64,000 bases of DNA from Bacteroidia bacterium (GCA_019695235.1 JAIBAI010000007.1:7480-71479); one strand, 5' to 3'; shown: positions 48,816 to 59,809, numbered from the stretch's first letter. Program-made: numbers and translations. Notes: generated by a model from the sequence alone, not told the origin.

Positions 48816-50057
48816 TCAGATGGATATTTCTCGTGGTGTGTCAAGGGGTGCGTGTGTGCCTGAGAACAGTGCAATAAAGAAACAAGCAAACACGAGCCCC
48901 CATTGTGATTCAAAATACGATTCAAACAGCATGTTAACCACAATAATGAACACCAGTAATAATGCCGGAAGCCGGTATCGGTGCGGGGTGAGTCGTGCCG
49001 GAAGTAAGATAAAAGCAATCAAAAGAAGCAGTTGGAATATCCCGCCACCAATTGCGGTTTGCAGGAACTGGTTATGAGCATTGAGCATTAAATCAGCCGC
49101 ATAGTGCATCCCACGTTGGGTATATTCATCATTGAGGTCGTGTTTTACATCACCAGCCCCTGTGCCGCAAAGCCAGTTTTGTTCAAAAACGGCAACGCCA
49201 GATTGCCACACAGCTAATCTTAATTGCGTACTCTCATGGGGGTCTTGTTCAAGGTGACCGTTTTGCAGTGTGTCAAACATCGCCTTGAATCTTTCGTTCT
49301 GAATCCGGGAAATTGCGAATAAACACAAACCAACAAAAGTAGCAACAACAATTATGCGAAGCCCAAGACTACGATGCCAAATTTCTTTGTAAAACCAACT
49401 GGCAAAAAGAAAAAGTATTATACAGAATGCAACTATTATTCCTGCCTTTGATTGAAGCAAATATATTACACCAAGGCAAAACAAAATTTCAATTAAGCCA
49501 ATAATACGCTTTAACCTGGTGACTGGCATTGCAGTTGTAAATGTTTCCGGGCCTATTATTCCTATAGAAAAACAAAGATAGGCTGCCAAATATGAAGGGT
49601 GCAGATGCGAGGCGAGTTGCTGATAATAGAATACCTGTATATCCTTTTCATTGAGCCAGTGCCATGTAGCTTTTAGCAAAAGAAAAACACTGATTGCAAT
49701 ACTTCCAACGCAAAAATTAAGAAGGGTTTTACGCGTAACATGCCAATTAATTTTTTGACCGGAAGTAAGTAAAACCGGGAAGAATAAGAGACTTAATTTT
49801 TGTTGAAGGTTAAATATGCCATTATTGAAATCTTCGGTGTTGAGAAGCCCTGTTACCTGAATCAAAAGATAACTTGCAGCCACTCCAGTTAACCAGACAG
49901 ATGGGCGCCTAAGCGGGTTTTGAATTTGCCGGTAGATGATCAGCCCCAACAGATGAATAAGTGAAATTAATAAAGCTCCCGGTAACCAAATAGGAATTAG
50001 TAAGCCAATGAATGGAAGAAGTGCGTTTTCGGAGATATAAGACTTAAACTGATTCAT
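48816..50057 (-). CDS. O-antigen ligase/polymerase family membrane protein (Wzy-like)
   Basis: It has 10+ TM segments. A periplasmic loop with RLAVWQSG...GTGAG is present (Wzy_C-like). Confidence 0.7.
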   Translation of the reverse strand: MNQFKSYISENALLPFIGLLIPIWLPGALLISLIHLLGLIIYRQIQNPLRRPSVWLTGVAASYLLIQVTGLLNTEDFNNGIFNLQQKLSLLFFPVLLTSGQKINWHVTRKTLLNFCVGSIAISVFLLLKATWHWLNEKDIQVFYYQQLASHLHPSYLAAYLCFSIGIIGPETFTTAMPVTRLKRIIGLIEILFCLGVIYLLQSKAGIIVAFCIILFLFASWFYKEIWHRSLGLRIIVVATFVGLCLFAISRIQNERFKAMFDTLQNGHLEQDPHESTQLRLAVWQSGVAVFEQNWLCGTGAGDVKHDLNDEYTQRGMHYAADLMLNAHNQFLQTAIGGGIFQLLLLIAFILLPARLTPHRYRLPALLLVFIIVVNMLFESYFESQWGLVFACFFIALFSGTHAPLDTPREISI

Positions 50058-50067
50058 TTACAAATCC

Positions 50068-51306
50068 TCATCTTATAGAATGTTGAAATACTTCATGTAA
50101 TTTCTTATGGAAATCGCTGGCAATTTGGTTGCGGTTGAAATGTGCAGCAACAAATTTACGCCCATTAGTACCTAATTGCTTACAAAGAGATGGAGAGCTT
50201 TGTAGCTTTAAAATACACTGTGAAAGTTCTGCGACATCCTCCGGAACAAAAGCAAGCCCACAGTCGCCGCTTTCTATAAAAAGTGATTTAGCTTCCCCTT
50301 CAACACCCAGAAGAATTGGTTTCTCCATTGCCAGCGCTTCAAAAATCTTTGAGGGAATAGCGCCTTTGAAAAGCTCTAATCTTTTGAGTGGTATAATAGC
50401 TGCATCGGATGCTGCAATAATAGCAGGCATTTGTTCTTTAGTGACGGGTGGGAAAAACTGTACAGATGTAAGATGCAATTGTGTGCAGAGCGCTTGCAGA
50501 TGCGCCTTCTCTGGTCCGGCTCCCATCAGTACAAATTTAATTGCGGGAGTTTCTCTTAAGGCTGCAGCAGCATGAATTATCACCTCCAGGCCCTGGGCGT
50601 GACCAATGATGCCGGCGTATAGCAGAACAAAGTCTTCGCTTGAAAATCCGTTTTCATGCTTCCACTTCTGGTTGTATTGGGCAGGATTATAAAATTGCAA
50701 ATCAACTCCATTCGGAAGCCAATGTACCTGTTGTTGCGGGAAACGCGACTTGATATTCTGCACAATCCCCTGGGTTTGCCCGGTAATAAGCACAGCATTG
50801 CGGTAAAGAAATTCTTCAAGGCGGGTAGAAATGCTGAGAAAGAATCGGTTGCGCACCAGGCCAAGTTTTTCGGCACTTTCTGGCCAAAGGTCAGAGACAT
50901 TAAAAATGAATTTTGCACCTTTTATTTTAGCAAGGGCCCAGGCGGAGATACCGAGAAACAATGGGGGACTCTCACACAGAATCAAATCAGGTTTGTTTGT
51001 TTTAAACCAACCAATAAAAAATGAGCTGAAAACAAACGAGAAGTAATTTAAAAGACGTGCAGGTACTTTTTTACTTTTTGGTACAAAAATCCAACTGCGA
51101 TGTGTGGCAATTTCCCCCTGCTTTTCATTCACATACCATTTTTTGCGATAGCCAGGGTGAATTTCCATTGCAGGGTAATTCGGCATGGCGGTGAGAACTT
51201 CAACCTCAATCCCCTCCTTCTGTAATCGGACGGCCAGTTCATATAGCCTGTTTTGTGGGGCACCGACTTCCGGTGGAAAGTATTGGGTGATAATCAATAA
51301 TTTCAT
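50068..51306 (-). CDS. glycosyltransferase family 4 (WbuB-like)
   Basis: The N-terminus is MKLLIITQYFPPEVGAPQNRLYELA. The C-terminus has GT4 EX7E-type architecture. Confidence 0.8.
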   Translation of the reverse strand: MKLLIITQYFPPEVGAPQNRLYELAVRLQKEGIEVEVLTAMPNYPAMEIHPGYRKKWYVNEKQGEIATHRSWIFVPKSKKVPARLLNYFSFVFSSFFIGWFKTNKPDLILCESPPLFLGISAWALAKIKGAKFIFNVSDLWPESAEKLGLVRNRFFLSISTRLEEFLYRNAVLITGQTQGIVQNIKSRFPQQQVHWLPNGVDLQFYNPAQYNQKWKHENGFSSEDFVLLYAGIIGHAQGLEVIIHAAAALRETPAIKFVLMGAGPEKAHLQALCTQLHLTSVQFFPPVTKEQMPAIIAASDAAIIPLKRLELFKGAIPSKIFEALAMEKPILLGVEGEAKSLFIESGDCGLAFVPEDVAELSQCILKLQSSPSLCKQLGTNGRKFVAAHFNRNQIASDFHKKLHEVFQHSIR

Positions 51307-52346
51307 TTGACGGTCCTCCCCAAAATTTCATGGTACAATTGGTAAAATTGTTTTGAAGTGTTTTTTCGTAATGCGTACTGCTCGATTAGTGCGTTATTAT
51401 ATTTGATTACTTGTTGTGCATCCAGCATTATTGCCTGCTCAAAAGGATTTACATCAGCTTGCATAATGATTCCATTTTTCCCTGATTCTATCCATTCGTG
51501 ACTCACCGCAAGATCAGATACCACCGGGATACATCCGGCCGACATGGCTTCAAGCAGACTGACTGATGTGCCATCGCTGTCAGGGATAGAAGCATAGAAC
51601 ATCGCACGGGCATACATTTTTTCATTGGATATTTTATCAAGCCATCCCATAAATTGCACCTTGCCTGAAATGGATAAGTTGTCAGATAAATCTTTCAGAT
51701 AGTTAGTTTCAGGGCCATTCCCGGCAACACAGAGCATCCAGTCAGGGTGCTTTTGAACGAAATCAGCGAACAGCCTGATGATTAAATCAATGCGATAAAG
51801 TTTTTGATGCAGGCGATTTGAATAAATGATTTTTTCTTTGCTTGTTGCTGGTATGGGGTCTATGCCATATTGCAGGCGCACATAATTCCCTTCCGGATAT
51901 AACTGTTGCACCGCCTGAATCATTTCGTTTGAATCGGCTGTGGTAATATTGCTTCTGCGCAAAATGCTGCGAGTAATTCTACGGTAAAACCAATTCTTTT
52001 TTGGTATTACCAATACATCGCTTCCCCAGGCAGTAAGTATAATTGGCGTTTTGCAAGATGCGGCAGCAAGTGAAAGTACAAATGCAAGCCGGTTGGCCTG
52101 GTGAATATGTATGACATCAGGTTTGTGAGTGCTTAGAAAAGCCCGCATACGAAAGAAATTCAAAATCCATTGCAGGGGATTTGCACTACGAAAAGGACAA
52201 ATGAGCATGTTGCGTATCCCGGGCAGGTCAAAAGATTCTTCGCCAATAAGGTCGAACCCCGGGATAAATTCGGCCATGCCCCTGCAAAAATTGCTGAGGT
52301 GCACCGATTGAGGGCCGGCAATAAGCACTTTTATTTCACTTGCCAT
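51303..52346 (-). CDS. glycosyltransferase family 4
   Basis: The C-terminal motif is DGTSVSLLEAMSAGCIPVVSD. There are 4-nt overlaps on both sides. Confidence 0.75.
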   Translation of the reverse strand: MASEIKVLIAGPQSVHLSNFCRGMAEFIPGFDLIGEESFDLPGIRNMLICPFRSANPLQWILNFFRMRAFLSTHKPDVIHIHQANRLAFVLSLAAASCKTPIILTAWGSDVLVIPKKNWFYRRITRSILRRSNITTADSNEMIQAVQQLYPEGNYVRLQYGIDPIPATSKEKIIYSNRLHQKLYRIDLIIRLFADFVQKHPDWMLCVAGNGPETNYLKDLSDNLSISGKVQFMGWLDKISNEKMYARAMFYASIPDSDGTSVSLLEAMSAGCIPVVSDLAVSHEWIESGKNGIIMQADVNPFEQAIMLDAQQVIKYNNALIEQYALRKNTSKQFYQLYHEILGRTVK

Positions 52347-53548
52347 TGTAACAATAAGTTATTGAGTTTTTCTACCTGAAATTTTCGGTGCAGGCTTTCA
52401 ATTCTTTCGTGATTATATGGCAGGGTCAATTGTTTTTCCCAAACTTCATGCGCCTGTTGAATGCTGTTTGCAATTTGTGCATGATTGTTGAATTGGGCGA
52501 CAAAGCCGGCATTGCATTGGCCAATCAATTCGGCTGCTACGTCGTTTGGGTCAAGAAGTGCAATGATTGGTTTTTTTACTGAGAGGTAATCAAAAAGTTT
52601 TCCTGAATAAACACCTTTTCTCCCTGAAGGTGGTAGAATTAATAAGTTGGCATCGGCTTGTGCCATATAATTTACCGCGTCTTCATAACTAACTTGTGGC
52701 ATGAAGATGCAATGGGGAAGCAGTTCTCCGGGTATTTCAAAGTTGCGGTATGTGCCAACAAACATCAATTTGTATTGTATGTTTTGTGTACTTAAGAATA
52801 ACTGTAGTCCTTTAAAGAAAGTATGGGGTTTAATGTCGCCATAAAAAGTGCCTGAAAAGGCAATGGTAAAGATTTTGTTGAAGTTGCCTGATGGTAAAAT
52901 TGTGTGGTCAAAACCATTTCTTATTTCTGCAAATTGCACTACACCGGGCATACGGTTTTTAAAGTCGTCAAGAATAGGTGTGCTTACAGAAGTTACAATA
53001 TTTGCACGAAGATTAACTGTCTGTTCAGCTTTCGTTAAAACCTTTCGCAAACGTTCGGTTATGTGTGGATTAGCAGCCAATTCATCACGCATGTCGGCCA
53101 CCCAGCAAATTTCAGGTCGTGTTTTAGCAAATGCCGCTGCTGCCAGATGCGCTTCTACCGGTGAGGAAGAGCTGAGAACAAATTGTATTGGGTCGTTGGT
53201 ATTTATTTGCTCTAATTTCTGCTGAACCAATTTTTGCCATCCTGCAAAAGTGTATGGTTGCATTTGTTGAATGGTATAGTTCCAAACCGTTTTTAAAAGA
53301 TGAATATGTCTTTTATCTTCACGTTTACTTGCCCAAACCGGAAGGGCTGGTTTATTTTCAAGCCGGTAAACTGATGACGAATCAATTTGTTCAAACTCTT
53401 GTGTGTTGTCAAGTAAAATTGTGAGGACACTAAATCTGAATTGTGTCTGGTCGAAATACCTTAAAAACGCAAGCATACGTTGAACCGCAACTCCTTGTGC
53501 AGGCGGATACCAGGTGGTAATCAGGGCGATATGCTTTCGCTTATCCAA
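52331..53548 (-). CDS. glycosyltransferase family 4
   Basis: It has a GT-B fold. The C-terminal region GKLFDYLSVKKPIIA is present. It is in operon with the flanking GTs. Confidence 0.7.
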   Translation of the reverse strand: MDKRKHIALITTWYPPAQGVAVQRMLAFLRYFDQTQFRFSVLTILLDNTQEFEQIDSSSVYRLENKPALPVWASKREDKRHIHLLKTVWNYTIQQMQPYTFAGWQKLVQQKLEQINTNDPIQFVLSSSSPVEAHLAAAAFAKTRPEICWVADMRDELAANPHITERLRKVLTKAEQTVNLRANIVTSVSTPILDDFKNRMPGVVQFAEIRNGFDHTILPSGNFNKIFTIAFSGTFYGDIKPHTFFKGLQLFLSTQNIQYKLMFVGTYRNFEIPGELLPHCIFMPQVSYEDAVNYMAQADANLLILPPSGRKGVYSGKLFDYLSVKKPIIALLDPNDVAAELIGQCNAGFVAQFNNHAQIANSIQQAHEVWEKQLTLPYNHERIESLHRKFQVEKLNNLLLQWQVK

Positions 53549-54446
53549 TTGCTTCCTGAATTTGTATGATTAGGTCGTTGATTATTTTCGTTCTACTATG
53601 GTGGGTTCTGATGTAGTTCATAGATTCATTATTCCGGGATAGCGAGCGTGCCTTCAACGATTCAAGTACCTGAGTGAAAACTTCGAAAACTGATTCTTTT
53701 GAAACATGATGGCAGTGCAGACCGGGGTAGGTCCAAATGACCTCATTGCCCACCGACTGGGCTTCCAGCACTGCATTTGAGAAGCCATCATGTTCGGTAA
53801 GGCGCAGGTAAACCGGTGAATGAATGCGTAAATCCTTCATTTGCACTGCATTGAGCCAGCCAAGGAACTGAACGTTTTTTGGGCAATGAATCCCGTGCCC
53901 TTTGCTTCCGACAATTTTAAAAACAATTTCATGGTGTCTTGTTGCCAGTTGCAGCACCTCTTGTAGTCCGTAGAAATTTTCGCGCCCTTCGGCAAGATAG
54001 GTATATGCACTTAATTCGCTAATTGGGGGCAGGTTGTCAATCGGGTCAATCCATTTAAAGTCAAGGGTAGGTGCATGGATATTGATTTGTTTGAGCTCTT
54101 CACTAAGCCAGGGGGCTACGGCGATGTGGGTGCCGTAATCAATATATTTCCGGTTGAGGGTACCATTGTGATGGCGTTCTGATGCAAGCATCACATCAGT
54201 GCCCTGCCATTGGAAACATATTTTCTTTCGCATTTTCATCGCCAGCTCCATGCTGCCGCTGTAGTCAGAAACACCGTTGAATGATAATACCAGGTCAGTA
54301 AATGGTAAGTGCAAGGCAAATTTGACCTTGTCGGATTTTGAATAATAGGTGTCGTACGCCCTAAAGGTGAAACCATTTACGTCGCGGCATAAATCAGAAA
54401 CAAGTCTTTGTGCGAAAAATGGCAGGCCTACTACTGCAATTCTCAT
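53541..54446 (-). CDS. glycosyltransferase (GT-B, GT4-like C-terminal domain)
   Basis: The motif EHDGFSNAVLEAQSVG is EX7E-like. Confidence 0.6.
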   Translation of the reverse strand: MRIAVVGLPFFAQRLVSDLCRDVNGFTFRAYDTYYSKSDKVKFALHLPFTDLVLSFNGVSDYSGSMELAMKMRKKICFQWQGTDVMLASERHHNGTLNRKYIDYGTHIAVAPWLSEELKQINIHAPTLDFKWIDPIDNLPPISELSAYTYLAEGRENFYGLQEVLQLATRHHEIVFKIVGSKGHGIHCPKNVQFLGWLNAVQMKDLRIHSPVYLRLTEHDGFSNAVLEAQSVGNEVIWTYPGLHCHHVSKESVFEVFTQVLESLKARSLSRNNESMNYIRTHHSRTKIINDLIIQIQEAIG

Positions 54447-54450
54447 AGGG

Positions 54451-55698
54451 TCAATTATTGATTAAATTTTTATACCAAACCAGTAAACTGAGATAATAAA
54501 TTGCTTGAGCGATGGAATAGGCTAACAAGGCTGTTTGAAATGGCCACTCAAGAAATGTTCCGATGAAAAGCAGACCCAGGCCTGTAGTATAGCCGATAAG
54601 ATTGAGGCCATAGGCCGTTTTTTGCCGCTGAAATACTATGGGAGTAGTAGAAACCACTGAGGCCATGAAGTTAAAAAATATCGCCGGAACCATAATTTGT
54701 GCAATTTCGCCTGATTCAGCCCATGCCGTACCAAGGTAGGTAGCAAAGAGCCAAGGGCCGGCCAGTAAAACCAGAAGAAGCGGAGGGGTCATAAAATAAA
54801 AAGCAAGCTTCAGAGAGCGGTTAAAAATTGCCGATTGCTGAGTATGATCTCCGTAAACTTTACTGATATCTTTGTAATACAATTGACTGATGGCGCTGCT
54901 TATCAGGTTGAGCGGAGCTCTGAGGTATCTGCTGGTAATGGCAAACAAACCCAAAGCAACAAGTCCGTAATTTTTGGTAATCAGCCAGTAAATTAAAACC
55001 TGAGAAGCAAAGATGTCGGTAAATGCATGCAGGGAGTTAACCAGCGGGAAGTCTTTGTACTCACGTGCAAGCGCCCACATTTTTTGGTTACTAACTTCGC
55101 TGCTGCGTAGTTTACCGAAGGCTGGAACAAGCAAAAGTATAACCGGGAATAATAGCCCCAGCAGCCAAGCGATAATTAGACCAAGCACTCCCCACCCGGC
55201 GTAGCCAAGCAAAAGGTAGCCAGCATTTTGAACCAATGACTGTACCATTCTGCCTGCCGAAATGAGCTTGTAATGCTCCATACGGGTGCTCCAGTTATTT
55301 GAAAGGCTATGCAACGAAAGCAGAAACACTCCGCAAGCTATCCACCAGGTATAAGCACTCAGTTGGTTGTTGTTATAGAAATGGTTTATCCATTGCGGAA
55401 ACAATCCGGCTAAGAGCGTTATACCAGAAACGATTAAAGTTAGTAACAACCCTAATCTGAATAGGCGAATTGCCTGTGAATGCTCTTTTGGCAGAACAAT
55501 CGCAAGGTCATATCTTCCGGCAGCGACAATGGCAATCATTGACACCAGGGCTAAGAAATTCTCCTGAACCCCCAGTTCTTCCGGACTAAAAATCCGGGCT
55601 ACCAGTGGAGCGAGCAGGAACGGAATAAGTTGGGCAGCCGAGTTGCCAGTAAACAATACCAGAAAGTTTCTGGCGAATGTTTTTTGAGTGGCTGACAT
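54451..55698 (-). CDS. wzx: oligosaccharide flippase (MOP superfamily, Wzx)
   Basis: It has about 12 TM segments. The N-terminus FARNFLVLFTGNSAAQLIPFLLAPLVARIF is typical of the polysaccharide biosynthesis protein family. Confidence 0.8.
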   Translation of the reverse strand: MSATQKTFARNFLVLFTGNSAAQLIPFLLAPLVARIFSPEELGVQENFLALVSMIAIVAAGRYDLAIVLPKEHSQAIRLFRLGLLLTLIVSGITLLAGLFPQWINHFYNNNQLSAYTWWIACGVFLLSLHSLSNNWSTRMEHYKLISAGRMVQSLVQNAGYLLLGYAGWGVLGLIIAWLLGLLFPVILLLVPAFGKLRSSEVSNQKMWALAREYKDFPLVNSLHAFTDIFASQVLIYWLITKNYGLVALGLFAITSRYLRAPLNLISSAISQLYYKDISKVYGDHTQQSAIFNRSLKLAFYFMTPPLLLVLLAGPWLFATYLGTAWAESGEIAQIMVPAIFFNFMASVVSTTPIVFQRQKTAYGLNLIGYTTGLGLLFIGTFLEWPFQTALLAYSIAQAIYYLSLLVWYKNLINN

Positions 55699-55719
55699 CC
55701 GCTGGCAGGGAAGGGTAGG

Positions 55720-57261
55720 TTACTTAGCGTAACTCACTGCACGTGTTTCACGAATCACGGTGACTTTTACCTGACCAGGATAGGTCATTTCGTTTTGAAT
55801 CTTTTGAGAGATATTAAACGAAAGCATTTCAGCATCCTTATCATTCACCTTTTCACTTGAAACAATCACCCTAAGTTCTCTGCCAGCCTGGATGGCATAG
55901 GTGTTTGAGACCCCCTGATACGAGAGTGCCAATTGTTCCATGTCTTTGAGTCGTTTGATGTACGATTCAACGATTTCTCTGCGAGCACCGGGGCGGGCAC
56001 CAGATATGGCGTCGCACACCTGAATAATTGGAGAAATAAGATCGGTCATTTCAATCTCATCGTGGTGCGCCCCAATGGCATTGCACACCTCCGGACGTTC
56101 TTTGAATTTCTCGGCAAGTTTCATTCCCAGAATTGCATGTGGTAATTCTGGTTCTTCATCCGGAACCTTACCAATGTCGTGCAATAAGCCGGCTCGTTTT
56201 GCAAGCTTTACATTCAGACCTAATTCAGCAGCCATAATTGCGCACAAATTGGCTACTTCACGAGAGTGCTGCAACAGATTTTGTCCGTATGAAGAGCGGT
56301 ATTTCATACGCCCTACCATACGGGTAAGTTCAGGGTGTAGGCCGTGAATCCCGAGGTCAATACATGTTCTTTTGCCTGTTTCTATGATTTCCTCTTCGAT
56401 TTGTTTCTTTGTTTTAGCAACTACTTCTTCAATACGCGCCGGATGAATACGGCCATCGGTTACAAGTTGGTGCAGGGCAAGGCGTGCGGTTTCACGGCGT
56501 ACCGGGTCAAAACAGGAGAGGATAATTGCTTCAGGGGTGTCGTCAACGATGATTTCCACTCCTGTAGCTGCTTCGATGGCTCTGATATTACGGCCTTCAC
56601 GACCAATAATCCGGCCTTTTACCTCGTCGTTTTCAATGTTAAATATCGAGACGGAGTTCTCAACAGCATGTTCAGTGGCAACACGCTGAATCGTCTGAAT
56701 GACAATGCGTTTTGCCTCTTTGTTAGCTGTAAGTTTTGCTTCCTCAACAATTTCATGAATATGTGCAGCTGCTTCGGTACGCGCCTCCTCTTTTAAGGCT
56801 GTAACAATTTGATTTTTAGCATCTTCTGCCGACATCCCGGCGATAGTTTCGAGTTGTTCAACCTGCCGGCGGTGCAGTTTTTCAATTTCACTTTGTTTTT
56901 TTGCTGCAATTTCAAGTTGATTTTGCAAATTTTCACGCAGGCTTTCTGCCTCAGTTTGTTTGCGTTTGAGTTCTTCGGTTTTTTGGCCGATACTACTTTC
57001 TTTTTGCTTAATCCGGTTTTCTGCCTGACTTACCTCGGCGTTTCTCGCCTGGATAGATTTCTCGTGTTCAGCTTTGAGCTGGATAAACTTTTCTTTGGCC
57101 TGAAGCATTTTCTCCTTCTTAATGACTTCGCCTTCGTTTTCGGCATCTTTAAGGAGTTGCTTGCTTTTGTTCTCGATATTCTTTCGCAATACCGTGCTTG
57201 CCATAACATATCCTCCCCCTCCGGCGATGATTGCAATGACTAAATAAATTACAATTTCCAT
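55720..57261 (-). CDS. rny: ribonuclease Y
   Basis: It has an N-terminal TM, a long coiled coil, a KH domain ([11 protein letters not shown]) and an HD domain (GLLHDIGK). Confidence 0.9.
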   Translation of the reverse strand: MEIVIYLVIAIIAGGGGYVMASTVLRKNIENKSKQLLKDAENEGEVIKKEKMLQAKEKFIQLKAEHEKSIQARNAEVSQAENRIKQKESSIGQKTEELKRKQTEAESLRENLQNQLEIAAKKQSEIEKLHRRQVEQLETIAGMSAEDAKNQIVTALKEEARTEAAAHIHEIVEEAKLTANKEAKRIVIQTIQRVATEHAVENSVSIFNIENDEVKGRIIGREGRNIRAIEAATGVEIIVDDTPEAIILSCFDPVRRETARLALHQLVTDGRIHPARIEEVVAKTKKQIEEEIIETGKRTCIDLGIHGLHPELTRMVGRMKYRSSYGQNLLQHSREVANLCAIMAAELGLNVKLAKRAGLLHDIGKVPDEEPELPHAILGMKLAEKFKERPEVCNAIGAHHDEIEMTDLISPIIQVCDAISGARPGARREIVESYIKRLKDMEQLALSYQGVSNTYAIQAGRELRVIVSSEKVNDKDAEMLSFNISQKIQNEMTYPGQVKVTVIRETRAVSYAK

Positions 57262-57313
57262 TTTCTTACGTTTTTTTTTCGCAAGGCAAATGACAATTAA
57301 AGTAGTAAAATGG

Positions 57314-57607
57314 TTACACTTCTTTCAGTGATTCTTCAAGCAGGCTGTTCAATTGTGAGAGCCGGTCTGCAAGGTGTTCCGGAAAGAGTGTATGCGGCCC
57401 CGAAGAACCATTGTATTGCACGGCAAGTTGAAGTGCCGACATGGCGAAAAGATCCTGGATATCGCGGATGTGGTATTTTTCTTCAAACTCTTTAAGTTTG
57501 GCGTTTACCAGAGCAACAGCCTTGGCAACCGTCTCATTATCAGTTTCCTGAATTTTGAGGGGGTATTTTCTGTTGGCCAATTGGATTTCTATAGAAACTT
57601 CGTTCAT
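57314..57607 (-). CDS. zapA: cell division protein ZapA
   Basis: The N-terminus is [32 protein letters not shown]. Confidence 0.75.
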   Translation of the reverse strand: MNEVSIEIQLANRKYPLKIQETDNETVAKAVALVNAKLKEFEEKYHIRDIQDLFAMSALQLAVQYNGSSGPHTLFPEHLADRLSQLNSLLEESLKEV

Positions 57608-57619
57608 ATTTACAGCGTT

Positions 57620-57916
57620 TTAGGTATTGATGGTTGCAATACACTGATCAATTTCCCGAATCATCAGACCGATTTTCTTTTTCAGTTCGACGGTGCTGTC
57701 GTCACGAAGGTTTGCTTTCAAGCCGGTTGCAATTTGTTGTACCATTTTACCATCCTTTAACTGCCTGACTTGTTCCTGCTGTTGCTGAATGGTTGCTTTA
57801 AGTTGTTTATTTTCAGTCTCAAGCAAATGAATTTTTGCTTTCTGACCTTGGTGCAAAGCTAACAATTTTTTGATATTATCTTCAAGCAGTTTGGTTTTTT
57901 GGAGAAGGTCAGCCAT
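57620..57916 (-). CDS. hypothetical coiled-coil protein (ZapB-like in context)
   Basis: It has 98 aa of heptad-rich sequence and sits 12 nt upstream of zapA. Confidence 0.5.
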   Translation of the reverse strand: MADLLQKTKLLEDNIKKLLALHQGQKAKIHLLETENKQLKATIQQQQEQVRQLKDGKMVQQIATGLKANLRDDSTVELKKKIGLMIREIDQCIATINT

Positions 57917-58024
57917 GAGAAGTTTAATTTGAATGCTCGTTGCGAATGTTCATTACAGGCCTTAAAAATATCTCATTCTGCTTGTCGTTAGAACAGCATA
58001 CAAAATTATTTTGCCTGGCGTATC

Positions 58025-59809
58025 ATGAGGTATCAGTTTTTAGGTGTGTTGCTGTTCAGTTTTCTTCAGGGCTTTGGTCAATGGACACCGGTGTCGCCTT
58101 TAGGCATTCCATTATTAGTTACAGCAGGTTTTGGGGAAGTACGCTCTCAGCATTTCCATTCAGGTTTGGATTTCTCAACAGGTCATCGCCAGCAGCCGGT
58201 TTATGCAGTAGAAGATGGTGAGATTTACCGGATACGTACTGCCGCGGGGGGGTACGGGAAAGCAGTGTATATACATCACCCTAACGGAATTGGGAGTGTT
58301 TATGCGCATCTTGACCGCTTTGCCCCCGAGATAGAGGCATTTGTAAGAAATATCCAGCTTAAGCAAATGCGATTTGATTTGGATACACTGATTCATCCGG
58401 GCCAAATAAAAATTAGCAAAGGGCAGCTAATTGCATTTAGTGGAAATACCGGAAGTTCAACAGCACCTCATTTGCACTTTGAGCTACGTGACCGGGCAAC
58501 AGAAGCCGTACTTAACCCGTTGGAGTATGGGTTCGCGATTCATGATACCCATGCCCCGGAAATTCGTTCAGTAGTTTTGCTACCGATGAAGGGCTATGGA
58601 CAGGCGAATGCTTCTTCGGGCATGCTGACTCTTCCGTTAATCTATAATAAACAAACAAAGAAGAAGTCACTTTCGCCCAAGGTAAAGATGCCTGTTTTAT
58701 CCGGATGGGTTGGTTTTGGTTACAGAGGGGGAGATGTTATTGGTAAGGCACGTAACCTGAGTGGTATCTATGAAATCAAGATTTTAGTTGACAGTATTGA
58801 GATATTCCATGCCCGGTTCGATCGTTTCTCATTTTCTGAAACCCGCTGTGTAAATGGTTATATTGATTATCCAACACGAGTGCGCAGTAAAGCGGTGGTT
58901 CATAGGTGCGTGGTGCCTGCTAATAACATGATTGGTATCTATAAAGATGCACAAAACAGAGGGTATTTTTATTTCGACCAGCATAAGGTGTATAAGGTAC
59001 GCTATATATTAAGTGATGTAGCCGGAAATTCAACAGTGCAGGAAATCAGGGTAAGGGGGGCAAAACCTACATTCAGTATTGCACCTTTACCTGCTGATAA
59101 TCCTTCAGTAAAAACAGTATATCCGGCAGAAGACCAATCACTTGCAAGCGATAATTTTGAAGCTGAATTTTGGAAGGAGTGCCTTTTTGATACTGCAAGG
59201 ATACAACTTCGCGAGAAGCCTGTATCAGGAGCCTATTCACCTGAAGTAGCTTTCGGAAGTATGTATATTCCTATCAACCAGGCAGTATTGATACGCATGA
59301 AACCGGCGGCCTATCCTGCGTGGTTGCGTGATAAACTGGTGATTGTACGTCAGACCGGAAACAAGGAGGTGTCATTGGGCGGGTACTGGGTAGGAGATTG
59401 GCTTTCGGGTAAAACAACCGAGTTTGGCGACTTTAAGGTTGTGGCAGATACAATACCGCCGAAGATAACATTTATCAAGAGCCATGTAAGGAAGGCAAAG
59501 GCATCTCCAAAGAAGAAAAAGAGCCAGCCCAAAACAATAGGAAACGTTTCAGCTGAAAAACCACCTGAATATCCTAAGGCTGTTGGCACAGCACGTTTTA
59601 GAATAAGGGAGTTCCATTCAGGCTTAAAAGATATTCATGCCTGGTTGAATGATCAATGGGTATTGTTAGAACCAGATGATGAAACCGGGGTGTACATGTA
59701 TCCATTTCCGGACGATTTAAAGCCCGGGGTACAATGTTTGCGCATCTCGGTAACAGATGGTTCAGGCAATACAGGCCAACTGGAGATGGAATTTGAAAAG
59801 CTGCAATAG
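58025..59809 (+). CDS. M23 family metallopeptidase with a large C-terminal extension
   Basis: The signal peptide is MRYQFLGVLLFSFLQGFGQ. M23 motifs are HFHSGLDFS and GNTGSSTAPHLHFELR. Confidence 0.85.
   Translation: MRYQFLGVLLFSFLQGFGQWTPVSPLGIPLLVTAGFGEVRSQHFHSGLDFSTGHRQQPVYAVEDGEIYRIRTAAGGYGKAVYIHHPNGIGSVYAHLDRFAPEIEAFVRNIQLKQMRFDLDTLIHPGQIKISKGQLIAFSGNTGSSTAPHLHFELRDRATEAVLNPLEYGFAIHDTHAPEIRSVVLLPMKGYGQANASSGMLTLPLIYNKQTKKKSLSPKVKMPVLSGWVGFGYRGGDVIGKARNLSGIYEIKILVDSIEIFHARFDRFSFSETRCVNGYIDYPTRVRSKAVVHRCVVPANNMIGIYKDAQNRGYFYFDQHKVYKVRYILSDVAGNSTVQEIRVRGAKPTFSIAPLPADNPSVKTVYPAEDQSLASDNFEAEFWKECLFDTARIQLREKPVSGAYSPEVAFGSMYIPINQAVLIRMKPAAYPAWLRDKLVIVRQTGNKEVSLGGYWVGDWLSGKTTEFGDFKVVADTIPPKITFIKSHVRKAKASPKKKKSQPKTIGNVSAEKPPEYPKAVGTARFRIREFHSGLKDIHAWLNDQWVLLEPDDETGVYMYPFPDDLKPGVQCLRISVTDGSGNTGQLEMEFEKLQ

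Noticed and set aside
55933-57243. Plus-strand ORFs (55933-56145, 56075-56347, 56344-56796, 56809-57243) inside rny
   Set aside because: They are antisense to the RNase Y gene. Their Phe/Leu-rich composition is typical of the reverse strand of a Lys/Glu-rich coiled coil.
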